DNA of 64,000 nt from Tortispora ganteri. Its lineage: Eukaryota. Under the pieces are notes generated by a model that was given only the letters and a program-made list of their open reading frames with translations, did not search any database and had not been told where the DNA came from. Below are positions 42,353 through 52,800 of this stretch, in pieces. The first letter of the stretch is position 1, and each line of letters starts with the position of its first letter. A program made the position numbers and the translations under genes. The stretch covers positions 124,001-188,000 of the forward strand of contig PPNB01000013.1 of assembly GCA_003707115.1 (NCBI GenBank), given 5' to 3'.

Positions 42353-44542
42353 ATGCGATTTGATTCGTCTGACTCCGGAAGCGATTCTGATTCATCACTT
42401 GAGAGCGCACCGCTGAAGCGGAAGCTGTCTAACAGCGAGAAGCACAGCTTGCCTACACCCCCGCTGTCTAACGCCCCTTTGACCAGCGATCAAAGACGAT
42501 CTTCTGAGCTCGACGATCCGCCCGAGTCTGACGACGAATCAGACTCTGTCATTGCTACGGCTGATTACGAATTAGCCGAACTCACTGGTGGTTCTGATAA
42601 CGGTTTGCCGAATGATAATGAGGATATACTGAATCCTAAAAAACGACGGTGGACGACCTTCGAGCACAATGGTGTAGTGTTTCCCCCGCCGTATAAACCT
42701 TTGCCTCAAGACGTGAAATTATACGTTGATGGACAACCTTTGAATCTTTCTTTGATAGCTGAAGAAATGGCCTATATATACGCCAGAATTATGCATTTAA
42801 GTCATACGCGCAAACCGCTTTTCATTCGAAATTTCTTAGAAGATTTCGGGGCCGCGGTGCGCGACTGCACAGGCGTAGAGATTACCAGTATAGATAGATG
42901 TGATTTCTCAAAAATACTCGCTCACATTGAAGCGCAACGGAAGCTGCAGAGGGAACTTCCTACTGAGGAAAAAGAAAAGATTCAGCAAACCCGGCAAGAA
43001 GAGGTAGAGAAGTATGGCTATGTATATATTGATGGCATAAAAGAGCCGCTTGCATCTGGTTTTCGTGTTGAACCACCGGGATTTTATTATGGGAGAGGAG
43101 AACACCCAAAACTGGGGAAATATAAACGCCGTTTGGTTCCTGAAGATTTTACTTTGAATCTAAGTGAAGGCGCTAGAGTGCCTGATCCACCTCCTAATCA
43201 TCAATGGGGTGAAATTGTTCACAACCCAAGGGCAGTGTGGACAGCGCGCTTCTTTGATCCACTAACTGGCAAAGATAAGTACGTTCTTCCAACCTCAGGG
43301 TCGACTACTTCTAACGCGAGTGAACAGAAGAAATTTGATCTAGCTCGAATGCTAAAGAGAGAAATAGGGTATGTTCGAAAGTATTATATGAACCTGCTGA
43401 AATCTACGAGTATGGTTGAACGAGAAATGGGTACAATAATTTACCTAGTTGACAAATTTGCTTTTCGTATCGGCCATGACAAGCATGAAGACAATGCAGA
43501 TACTGTGGGCTGTACCACATTGAGATGCGAACATGTCACTTTAAATCCACCGAATCGGGTGGTGTTTGACTTCTTAGGCAAAGACTCTATACGGTATTAC
43601 AACGAAGTGGAAGTGCATCCGCAAGTGTATACTAACCTAAGGATATTCAAGCGGGCGCCTAAACAGCCCAAGGATATGGTATTTATGACTTCTGGAATGA
43701 ACATGCTGGTAAAAATGAATGCAATTCTTCCGGGTTTGACTCCAAAGGTATTTCGTACCTATAACGCATCATCTTTGATGCAAGATCTATTGGCTGACGT
43801 ACCGGACGACTTGACGGAAGCAGAAAAGGTTGAACGATTCCGTGATGCAAACAGGAAGGTTGCTATTTTATGTAACCATAAGAAAGAGACGCTGTCAAGC
43901 GGAAACTTGCGTGCATTAGAGACTCTGCAGCATACTTTGCTTGAAAAGAAGTGGGATCTCTGGTATCATGCGCTAAAATTAGAAAATTCATTCGCAGAAC
44001 ATGCAGAGGCTCTTAGGTCTACCCGGCCATGGGTATTTGAGCGCGATTCCGAACTAACTGATGATGTTATTGAAGAAATACACACTCGCCTCTATGAAAA
44101 GAAAGTGAAGCTAGCGTATAGCAGTTCCAACTCCGCGGCTGTGGTGAGACGTGCCGAAGCCAAAAATATAGACGTGGAAGTTTATAAAAAAGAGGTATTG
44201 GATAAGCATTTGAAAGTGGCAGAGAATTTGAAGGAGGAGCTTGCCATTTTAAGAACGAATGGATATATTCCACGGAAACTAGGACCGTCTAAATTGAATA
44301 TAGTTCTCAATCAGATCAAGAAAGCGGAAAGCGATATTCACAGGACGCTACAGGCGATTGAGCGGAAGCAGGAATATTCAGATGTTGCTTTAGAAACGTC
44401 TAAGACCAATTATATTGATCCGAGACTGGTAATGCGGTATGCGAAGCGGCACAATATACCAATTGAGAAGTTTTTGAATACAGCTCAGAGAAAAAAGTTT
44501 GAATGGGCTTTTGATTCTGTTGACGAAGACTGGATATTTTGA
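42353..44542 (+). CDS. TOP1: Type IB DNA topoisomerase (divergent)
   Basis: W...EHNGV.FPPPY, RVEPPG...GRG.HPK.G, ADTVGC, FDFLGKDSIRY, KVFRTYNAS, AILCNH, SK.NYIDPR; first ATG is 42353. Confidence 0.93.
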   Translation: MRFDSSDSGSDSDSSLESAPLKRKLSNSEKHSLPTPPLSNAPLTSDQRRSSELDDPPESDDESDSVIATADYELAELTGGSDNGLPNDNEDILNPKKRRWTTFEHNGVVFPPPYKPLPQDVKLYVDGQPLNLSLIAEEMAYIYARIMHLSHTRKPLFIRNFLEDFGAAVRDCTGVEITSIDRCDFSKILAHIEAQRKLQRELPTEEKEKIQQTRQEEVEKYGYVYIDGIKEPLASGFRVEPPGFYYGRGEHPKLGKYKRRLVPEDFTLNLSEGARVPDPPPNHQWGEIVHNPRAVWTARFFDPLTGKDKYVLPTSGSTTSNASEQKKFDLARMLKREIGYVRKYYMNLLKSTSMVEREMGTIIYLVDKFAFRIGHDKHEDNADTVGCTTLRCEHVTLNPPNRVVFDFLGKDSIRYYNEVEVHPQVYTNLRIFKRAPKQPKDMVFMTSGMNMLVKMNAILPGLTPKVFRTYNASSLMQDLLADVPDDLTEAEKVERFRDANRKVAILCNHKKETLSSGNLRALETLQHTLLEKKWDLWYHALKLENSFAEHAEALRSTRPWVFERDSELTDDVIEEIHTRLYEKKVKLAYSSSNSAAVVRRAEAKNIDVEVYKKEVLDKHLKVAENLKEELAILRTNGYIPRKLGPSKLNIVLNQIKKAESDIHRTLQAIERKQEYSDVALETSKTNYIDPRLVMRYAKRHNIPIEKFLNTAQRKKFEWAFDSVDEDWIF

Positions 44543-44613
44543 AATTACCGTTTTATTTGAACTTTTAGATAACATCGTGAGAGATTTGAGTAACTAAGAG
44601 TTGAGTAGATATG

Positions 44614-45180
44614 TTATTGCTTTTCCTTGACGATGTGGTGTTGAGCCCATTCGGGAGCTAGTTGTGGATCAACAACCAAGTTCTCAGCTTTGAAGGATTC
44701 TATAAATTGTAGATCGACTGCCTCCTTTCCAGCCGAAAACTTACTGTACTCATCAAAAATAGCGGTTAGACTCCAATTTTGGAGGTTTCTCCTGAGTGCA
44801 CCTACGAGAACACCTACGCGGTGCTTACCCTTGTTGGAATGGAGCAGAATAGGGAAGTTTGTACGGTCCACGAGGATCTCAAGACAATGTTCTATGACCT
44901 GCGGATCATTGTCTAGGAATGGTTCTTTAGCCGATTCTACATGAAACGATATGAGCCGTATTGAAAACTTAGCGGCCCATTCTTTGAACTCATCGTCAAT
45001 CTCTCTGTCTCCCAGGTACAGAATCGTCTTCAAAGAGAGCTTTTCGAGGTACGGGTAATTGATCGGCAGCGGATAGCCAGACCGATAAACGCCTGCGCTG
45101 ACCATGGCAAAGTTTAGTGGTGGTACATATGGTTTTTCACGTGGTTCGCGGTTCTTTTTAGGTACTACTGGCAGATTCAT
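44614..45180 (-). CDS. OCA2: Oca2-type Siw14-family pseudophosphatase
   Basis: PPLNF.MV..GVYRSG.P; P-loop HSNKGKHRVG with Ser in place of the catalytic Cys; first ATG is 45180. Confidence 0.85.
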   Translation of the reverse strand: MNLPVVPKKNREPREKPYVPPLNFAMVSAGVYRSGYPLPINYPYLEKLSLKTILYLGDREIDDEFKEWAAKFSIRLISFHVESAKEPFLDNDPQVIEHCLEILVDRTNFPILLHSNKGKHRVGVLVGALRRNLQNWSLTAIFDEYSKFSAGKEAVDLQFIESFKAENLVVDPQLAPEWAQHHIVKEKQ

Positions 45181-45238
45181 AGTGGTGGGGAGGCACAAGG
45201 TGGGAATGTGGAGGGGTGAAGGCCAGGAAAATCATCTT

Positions 45239-46471
45239 TTAGTGGCCGGTGCCTTTGGCGGAGGTAAGACTGTTGGCGTGATCTAGCCAACCAGAGTATC
45301 CACCTTCATTATTAATAATCTGCAAAATATTATCTGCCTTAAAAGATCCGGAAAGACCAATAATTGCAGTATTGCGAGTGCTAGGAACGCGTAGCATTTC
45401 TGTCTGAACAGTCCAACCTGCGGCTGTAGCTATGTCGATTGTGTGGTCAACTAGGGACGCGAATGCAGACTTGCGTTCCTGTGATTTCGGCTTAAATCGT
45501 TTGCGTTTACCATTGAGTGCATGTGAACAGCACGGTATAACGACGAAGGGGCATTTCAGCAGCGGGATCCACAATGTTAGTTCATCCGGGTGGTTGCCAA
45601 TGATAAATGTGCCTTCATCGAAATCTCGTGAGCAATCTGTGTAGTTCGTTTGTGTAGCTCGCGGAACAAATGGTTGCTGTATCAGACATTCTTGCACTTC
45701 TGTGGGGAAAATTGACCACGTTTTACGTCTTCGGGCCTCTATACCGCGGCCCTGGTAGCCCTCGGCAATCAAGATATATACGAGGACGCCATTGCCGCAG
45801 CCCAAGTCCAAAAAAGCAGTCGGTTGGTCATCTAGTAGCTTCCATAGCTCTATAAGGAAAGCAGCAATAGATATGTCTTCAAACACGTGCTTTGCCGGGT
45901 CCGTTGACTCGACCCAGTTCTCTATGAGGAACTTGGCGTGCTTGTATTTGAGATCGAGGTACTTTGTCTGGAAAGCGACCTTGTCTACGACTTGGTCGTG
46001 GTGCACGCGCTTCTTGTAACCATTTTCAATTCCACGGGCATGTTTTGCTATTGTCGTCAGATGTCGTAAAGCAATGCGTTCTAGCCGGTTGTCCACTGGG
46101 ACATCATCGAAGAGGTCGTAAAAGACTTTGAGATCGGTTTTGTAAGTGATCATCATTGCGCGCACGTTAGGGTGGTAGAATGGCATCTTACCGTGATTTT
46201 GTGGTTCATATACAATTGCCCTGTCAAGAATGTAGCATTTCTGATCGAGCGGCTCGTCTTTGAGTGGATTTCGCGGAACCAGTGTGCGCAAAATGATCCT
46301 TAGTGCACGCCCGTACGAGGTAGCAATGTCGGTCTCTTCGTCCTTGATAATGTTAGCGCGCATTATACATGATGATATTATTTCAGGATGATATATGAGA
46401 TTGATCTGTGCCTTAAGAAGAGCCTGTTCTGAGGCGTCCAGAGGCGCACTTTTGATAAAAGTCCATCCCAT
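45239..46471 (-). CDS. TRM44: tRNA(Ser) Um44 2'-O-methyltransferase
   Basis: YKKRVHHD, WVESTDP.KHVFED..IAAFLI, FLDLGCGNG, IIGNH.DELT, IPCC, PSTRN. Confidence 0.95.
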   Translation of the reverse strand: MGWTFIKSAPLDASEQALLKAQINLIYHPEIISSCIMRANIIKDEETDIATSYGRALRIILRTLVPRNPLKDEPLDQKCYILDRAIVYEPQNHGKMPFYHPNVRAMMITYKTDLKVFYDLFDDVPVDNRLERIALRHLTTIAKHARGIENGYKKRVHHDQVVDKVAFQTKYLDLKYKHAKFLIENWVESTDPAKHVFEDISIAAFLIELWKLLDDQPTAFLDLGCGNGVLVYILIAEGYQGRGIEARRRKTWSIFPTEVQECLIQQPFVPRATQTNYTDCSRDFDEGTFIIGNHPDELTLWIPLLKCPFVVIPCCSHALNGKRKRFKPKSQERKSAFASLVDHTIDIATAAGWTVQTEMLRVPSTRNTAIIGLSGSFKADNILQIINNEGGYSGWLDHANSLTSAKGTGH

Positions 46472-46539
46472 GGATCGTACAAGAGGTGGGTATATACTGG
46501 TACACTGGGAAGCCTAAGGCTCTAACCTAACTTTAGACA

Positions 46540-47889
46540 ATGTCATTCGACCAACTGCGCCAGCCCACGCCCGAAGCACATGCAGTGCGTCTTAGCGCTC
46601 TACTTTCTCAGTATGAGGAAGTACACTATCAAGAGCAACTGATTGAGCGTAAAATACACGATCTTCGACGTCACTCAGCTGTACTCAAGGCGGCAAAGGA
46701 GAAACTGCTGTATTTGATTGCCAACGAGCAGAACCTCGTCGTCCAGGAAGAGCAGCGCCGCCGAGAACTACTCAGACGTCGTCGCCAGTTAGATGTTTAT
46801 ATGAAACGCCGCCAGATGGAGCTTGCTGAGCGGTCTGCTGAGATGGATATTTGTCAGGCCATTCTACGTCAGCTGGGTATGCTCCACCAGTACCCAGAAC
46901 CGGAACCGGGCATGCAGCAACAGCAACAGCAACAACCTTTCGAAGGCAAAAATGAACTCCAGCGCTTCCTGGAAATCCTTCAGGGACCTGAAAAACCTGA
47001 ATACCAGGAAGTCCCCGGAAAGCGAGGTTCCCGGCGCTCAGTGGAAGCCCTTAGAGCCCCAGAGCCTTCTTCACCGGTTCGATCTGCTACTGATACTCCA
47101 GTTGCCATGCAAGACGTTCAAGACAACGACGATGCTACTACCGGCACTGTCCCTGGAACGAACATTCCCAAGCCATGGCTTGAAGGGCTGCTTGCTAAAT
47201 TAGCCCAAGATATTTCTGACTCTGAATCGTCTCAGGCTGAGAACGAGACGGAAAATGAGAGCGACATTGTGGGCAACTTCATCCCCGAGTACCATACCCG
47301 CCGATCCGTTATGGAGCAGACTCCTGAACAGGCTGCTGTGGAGACAGACAAGAGTGATGAAGACGAAAACAATAGCATCAACCAGATTCCTATTCCATGG
47401 CTACGTGAGCTGCTTGCGGAGCAGCAGGGAACAGAAGAACCTGAAGTGCAATCCAAAGAAGCGGGATTAAAGCCTAGAAATGGGCCGGCTATTTCTGCAG
47501 AACCATCGCACGACACTGCATATTCTACTGATCGCATTAACTACATTAGCAGCAAGGTCGATCACCAACTGACTCTGATTGACAACGCTAAACCTATGCA
47601 GCTGAAAGTTATTAGAGCCGATTTGGAACGATTATATTCTGAGTTAGATGATATTGACATTCCTCATACCGATGATACTAGGGAACTTCGTCAGTTAAAG
47701 CATGACGCTACATCTAAAGCGGTTGATGGAGCAAACAAGATTGATGAGATCTTGGAATCTAATAAAGAGAGTGAGAAGCCGTCGCCGTCGGTATCTACCG
47801 AGACTGAGACCAAGACTGAAACCGAGACTGAGACCAAGAAATCCGTCAGGCATGTTACTTTGGAAGAAGTAGCGGACGATGAGACTTAG
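46540..47889 (+). CDS. Coiled-coil, acidic protein with probable C-terminal BAG domain
   Basis: 449-aa ORF; LERLYSELDDIDI.....RELRQLK......V......ID resembles BAG helices 2-3. Confidence 0.55.
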   Translation: MSFDQLRQPTPEAHAVRLSALLSQYEEVHYQEQLIERKIHDLRRHSAVLKAAKEKLLYLIANEQNLVVQEEQRRRELLRRRRQLDVYMKRRQMELAERSAEMDICQAILRQLGMLHQYPEPEPGMQQQQQQQPFEGKNELQRFLEILQGPEKPEYQEVPGKRGSRRSVEALRAPEPSSPVRSATDTPVAMQDVQDNDDATTGTVPGTNIPKPWLEGLLAKLAQDISDSESSQAENETENESDIVGNFIPEYHTRRSVMEQTPEQAAVETDKSDEDENNSINQIPIPWLRELLAEQQGTEEPEVQSKEAGLKPRNGPAISAEPSHDTAYSTDRINYISSKVDHQLTLIDNAKPMQLKVIRADLERLYSELDDIDIPHTDDTRELRQLKHDATSKAVDGANKIDEILESNKESEKPSPSVSTETETKTETETETKKSVRHVTLEEVADDET

Positions 47890-48664
47890 ATGCTGAGTCC
47901 AAAAGGTCGAGTATATCTTCCGTTTGGAGGCTAGATGAGCCCGACGAGAAGCAAGTGTAGTTGAATTTTTCTGTATCGTTGTTGTAGATGGTATATGCGT
48001 GTCCGTTACATGCGAGTTGCTCTATTTGATCTGGATCTGCCAGTTTTGTGCATTTACCGTTATGATTCAGTAGTCCAAAACATGAAGCTGTGAGATTTCG
48101 GTTCTTGAATTGCAATGGCACAGTATTCTGAAAACTGCACACAAGTTGTGCAGTATCAACGTCTATTTGCACAGTCGGCAACCGAGAGTCATTTAGCGCA
48201 CGGACCATGGATGTCCAAGCGACATTAAACGGATAGACTGGTTTAGATAGTATATCAATGAAGATGTTTATATTGAAATATTTTAGGGCGACGATATCAG
48301 AGTTTTCTGATTCCTTGATTAACAACGATTCATGGTCAATCAGCTGGTTCTCATTAATAATATCAAAAAGCAGTTGACTCAATGACATTTCCTCTTCGGT
48401 TGGCGCACCTGTACGTTCATTGTAGCTTACGTTCGGGTAGACGCCTGGTTCATTACCTATTGTAAGCTTGATACCGCAGATGGCTATACAGCCTGATTCG
48501 TGCACCAAACTCGACCCTATTGTTGTATCAAGCTTTTCATCGTATATTAAAGGTATAGTACTCTCATCTAATGATCTATCTGAATTTCTACGTCCTTCAT
48601 TCAATAATTTGGCTATATAGACAGCTGGTGCAGCCTCAGCAAATATTTGTCCTGGTAATTGCAT
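47855..48664 (-). CDS. RRP43: Exosome core RNase PH-like subunit, Rrp43-like (divergent)
   Basis: N-terminus LP..IFAE.AP..Y....L..GRR..DR, GSSLV, ICGIK, VYPNV, G.PTEEEM.LSQ, AL....LP, ADP...EQ. Confidence 0.75.
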   Translation of the reverse strand: MQLPGQIFAEAAPAVYIAKLLNEGRRNSDRSLDESTIPLIYDEKLDTTIGSSLVHESGCIAICGIKLTIGNEPGVYPNVSYNERTGAPTEEEMSLSQLLFDIINENQLIDHESLLIKESENSDIVALKYFNINIFIDILSKPVYPFNVAWTSMVRALNDSRLPTVQIDVDTAQLVCSFQNTVPLQFKNRNLTASCFGLLNHNGKCTKLADPDQIEQLACNGHAYTIYNNDTEKFNYTCFSSGSSSLQTEDILDLLDSASKSHRPLLLPK

Positions 48665-48908
48665 TTGTCGAAGTTTACACCGAAATTGGGATTAATGGCT
48701 TGTAGTTGAGACACCTTGTCATGTAAGATACGCTTAAAGTAATGAAAAAACTACAAATAAATTGCTAATATAATTAATATTAATAAATTTATTTAGTGAA
48801 TAGAAAGACATAGACAATAAACTCATAAATTCTGATATTTATACGTATATGAATAAATACATTTAACTTATCCTTCTCTACCTATAACTTCTTCTTCGAC
48901 AACCTGTC

Positions 48909-49817
48909 ATGTCTTCGATCGTCGTTCTTGGCTCGCTCAACGCAGATCTTGTAACCACGACCGACATTGTTCCTAAAGGCGGCGAAACAGTACAAGCAAA
49001 TGGATTTCAAATGCATAAAGGCGGTAAAGGTTCAAATCAGGCTCTGGCATTGGCTCGTCTAGGTCAGTTACCTGTGAAAATGATTGGCTGCGTTGGTGAT
49101 GACCAATTCGCAGATCCGCTCATTAATAACCTCAAACAATCAAATGTTGATACTTCACTTATCAAGCGTATCCATGGTGTGTCATCTGGTGTTGCCACTA
49201 TTATTGTAGAATCTTCAGGTGAGAATAGAATCCTCGTCGCTGCCGGTTCTAATGGGCATATTCATGCAGAAGACATAGATCCCGCTTGGTTCACTGATGC
49301 AATCGCTTTGGTCGTCCAGAATGAAATCCCTAAAGACGCCGTTTTCCGTGCAATAGAAATTGCTAACATCAAAAATGTTCCCGTGGCTTACAATCCCTCT
49401 CCTGTATGGGACGTACCTGACAACATTCTCGCTATGATCACCTATCTTGTTGTAAACGAAGGTGAACTCGCTGCTATCACAAACACTCAGCCCGACGAAA
49501 ATTTGTCTTTCGAAACGTTTACTACCCTCGCTAATTCTCTACATTCCAAGGGCGTCAAATCACTCATTGTAACTCTCGGATCAAATGGCGCTTTTTACTC
49601 AACTTCTTCCTCTACTGGTCACGTCCCTGCACAGAACGTATCATCTGTCATAGACACTACCGGAGCAGGTGACACCTTTTTGGGCGCTATCATCACAAAA
49701 GTCTGCTCAAATTCCTCCATAAAGGAGGCAATAGAATTCGCCACAAAGGCTTCCGCCATAGTAGTCTCTCGTCCTGGCGCAGCCTCAAGCATTCCAACAT
49801 ACGACGAAATTAAATAG
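48909..49817 (+). CDS. RBK1: Ribokinase
   Basis: VVLGSLNADL, GGKGSNQA, GENRI, QNEIP, NPSP, VNEGE, DTTGAGDTF. Confidence 0.96.
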   Translation: MSSIVVLGSLNADLVTTTDIVPKGGETVQANGFQMHKGGKGSNQALALARLGQLPVKMIGCVGDDQFADPLINNLKQSNVDTSLIKRIHGVSSGVATIIVESSGENRILVAAGSNGHIHAEDIDPAWFTDAIALVVQNEIPKDAVFRAIEIANIKNVPVAYNPSPVWDVPDNILAMITYLVVNEGELAAITNTQPDENLSFETFTTLANSLHSKGVKSLIVTLGSNGAFYSTSSSTGHVPAQNVSSVIDTTGAGDTFLGAIITKVCSNSSIKEAIEFATKASAIVVSRPGAASSIPTYDEIK

Positions 49818-49849
49818 ACTTAAAAATTACATACAAATTTAATCCTAAT

Positions 49850-52800
49850 TCAACTCGCCTCAGCCTTGACTTTCTTTACATGTCTCCGTAAATCGCCAAG
49901 CATCACAAGCTTCCTTTTACCAAGAGTACTCGGCCCTCCTGGTCTCGATACTTCCACATCATTATCCAATAAGGTGGATCCAGAAAAAATACAATGAACC
50001 ATCATCTTAGGATGATACTCTAAATCGGAAAGCAATTTCGGAGTAATAAGGAAATACTGCGGTGAATTTTCATCGCACGCCAAATCAACAAACCTTTTAT
50101 GTACAAGTCTTTCGTTCCTAGGATCCATACCTTGATTGATCTCATCCACAAGTCTGAACGGCACTCTCGTAATTCCTTGTAGTGCCATCAAATAATATAT
50201 AGTAGAAACCGCTCTTTCACCTCCACTCTGTCGGAACCCAGTTAAGGGCTGTAAAGCTTCATTTGGTCGAAATTTCACCATAATCACAATCTTCCATTTC
50301 GCATAATCTTCATCCTTTTCTAACCGTACCTCTCCAACGCAGTTAATCCGCTTCATAGAGTCAGAAAACTGCGTAGAAACAGATTCGACCAATTTAAGAA
50401 CGTCAGTTTCATATTCAGCACGCAGGGTTTTAATCTCTTCTTCCGTTTTCGTATCACGCTCTTTTAAATTGGCAATTATACTTCGTAGCTCATCCATGCG
50501 TTCTTCTCGGGCTTTAAATGCGTCTATAACATCGGAAACATTGCCTTCTTTCAGTCTCAACAACCTGTCCACATTTTGTACCTTCTCATTAATTACATCT
50601 CGAGACATGGACTGCTCTGCAAGGATCGTCTCCAGCTTGTCTAGGTCTTCTTGATCTAGCAATTCTTTATTATCTGCTTCCTTCTGAGTTATAGCCCTGG
50701 CCTTTTGCTTCATGCGTTCAATAGCTTCTTGCAATTCAGTGATTTGGTCAGAAATACTTTCACGCGCTTGCTTTAGTTCTGAAATCTCTCGGTCAAGATC
50801 ATTGCATTCAAATTGGCATTGTTCAACCATTCTTTCATGCACTTTAGTCTTTAGCGATACTTCAAATAATGAAACAGAATAATCAGCAATCTGTTTAGCC
50901 ACATTGATAATAGAATCAGTAGCGTCAGCGCATATTTTTATATTCTTTTCACGTTCGCGCTCAAAAAATGAAGCATCACGTTGTTTTAAATTTTTCAGTT
51001 TCTTTATATTTTCATTCCTCTCAATGATCAAACGTTTTTGACTTTTCTGCTTCAAGTATATTTCTCTAGAATTAGATTTCAGTTCATTCAATTCATCGTC
51101 TATGCCAGATATTTTGTTCTTCACTTTATCAACCTCAAGATCGACCTCTGCCAATTCTTTACGTTTCTGTTTCAGAATGTTATTCAGTTCGTCGCGTTGA
51201 GTCTCTAGCTCATGCATACGTGATACATCAGCAGTGGATCCGCACTGAGATATCAATGGACGAGGATCACGTAACTCAAAGTTGCTTGAAATCGCATTTC
51301 TCTTACCATATGATGATACCTTCACCTGGTGGAAAGAGTTTCCGGAAATGATGTTCCGAAAAACAAGTCTACCATCCTTTTTGACCTGCCTCGCACAATC
51401 CAGCTGTTCACGAGATAGACCTTTAAATGACACAGCTGTGTAAGACAACTGACTATTTTCAGCTAACATTACTTTCACTGGAGTGGGCGCCTCAATTAAG
51501 TCAATAGCCCAACAGTCAAAGCCGTACTTCTGCAACTCAGCGGTATCACAAGGAGTTTTAATATTAGATAAAGACCCGTTCGATATGCACTTCAAATTCA
51601 CATTATAGCCTTGCTGATCTAGCACGAGTTCACTAAATCTTTCAAAATCAGATTGATTTTCACACACAAATGAAACCATAGTAGCTTGGTTTACAAGGGA
51701 ACTAATAATTTTAGCCCGGTTATTATCCCATGAAGCACTAATTAAGGGAGGTGCAAAGACATTACTCTGAAACTCAGAAGTGTTGTTGTTGAGCCACTTT
51801 AGTGCTTGAGCAGTATATTTTTCGTTATACTTCTCTAATAACCCCAATTGAGCATTAAGGAGACGTACCGGAGAGGCAATTTCAGACTCTAATTGTGTCT
51901 TGCGTTTTTCTGATTTAGAGATATCACGGATAATGGCATTCCTTGTTTCCTTGAATTCAGATATTTTGTAGTGATATTCGCTCTTCAAAGAATCCAGCTC
52001 CTTTCTCTTCGTTGAAATTTCTCGCTCCTGTTCTGAGAAGTCCTCAAATGACTTCACTGCATTATCCTGTTCAACAATTTTTTCTGTTATAGAAGCGATA
52101 GATTTTTCAACCTCGTAATATTCTTGTTGCGCAGAGGTCAATTTTGCTGAGGCTTGACTCAAGCTATAGATCTCATCACCGTTGCGTTTCTTCAAAGAAT
52201 ACAATTTGCTAGAGCTAGTTTGCGACTTATTCTGAGCAGATCTTAATTTTGCCTTTTCACTCTCCAATTGTTTTCGTCTCTCTTCAAGCATTGTACGTTT
52301 ATCCAGAATCGCAGATTCCGTTTCTTTCAGTTTATGTTTGTTGTTAGACAGATGTTGCTTGTTATGTTGATGGAGCGTCTTCATTTCACTGAGTTCTACA
52401 CGATTAAGCGCGACAGACCAAAAAGCAGACTGCTTCTTAAGTGATTGGTACTCGTGAAACGCGTCAACTTCTACTCTCTGACGTTCATGGTCAAGTTCAA
52501 GCTGTTTGAGTACATCTTCCGTTTTCTGGCAGGTTGATTTCAAGTCACTTGCTTCTGAATGCAACCTGATAAGGGTGTCATGCTTCTCCGCTAGACCTTG
52601 CGAAGCGGACTCTTCAGTTCTGCGTAGTAGATCCACAGGGGTCATCTGTGCAAAGTCAGCTACACGATCCTGTGGCAAAAACTGACACAGGTTGTCAGTT
52701 TGTACGCCCAATGACGCGACTATGTCGACAACGGCCTTTTTGGTAGAGTTCTTGCCGTTTACGGACCACTCGCTCCCGTTATAAGATATTTTGCGATTAA

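Noticed and set aside
44810..44850. Catalytic Cys replaced by Ser in the phosphatase P-loop
   Set aside because: This is the known state of Oca2-type pseudophosphatases, not a new loss or a pseudogene.
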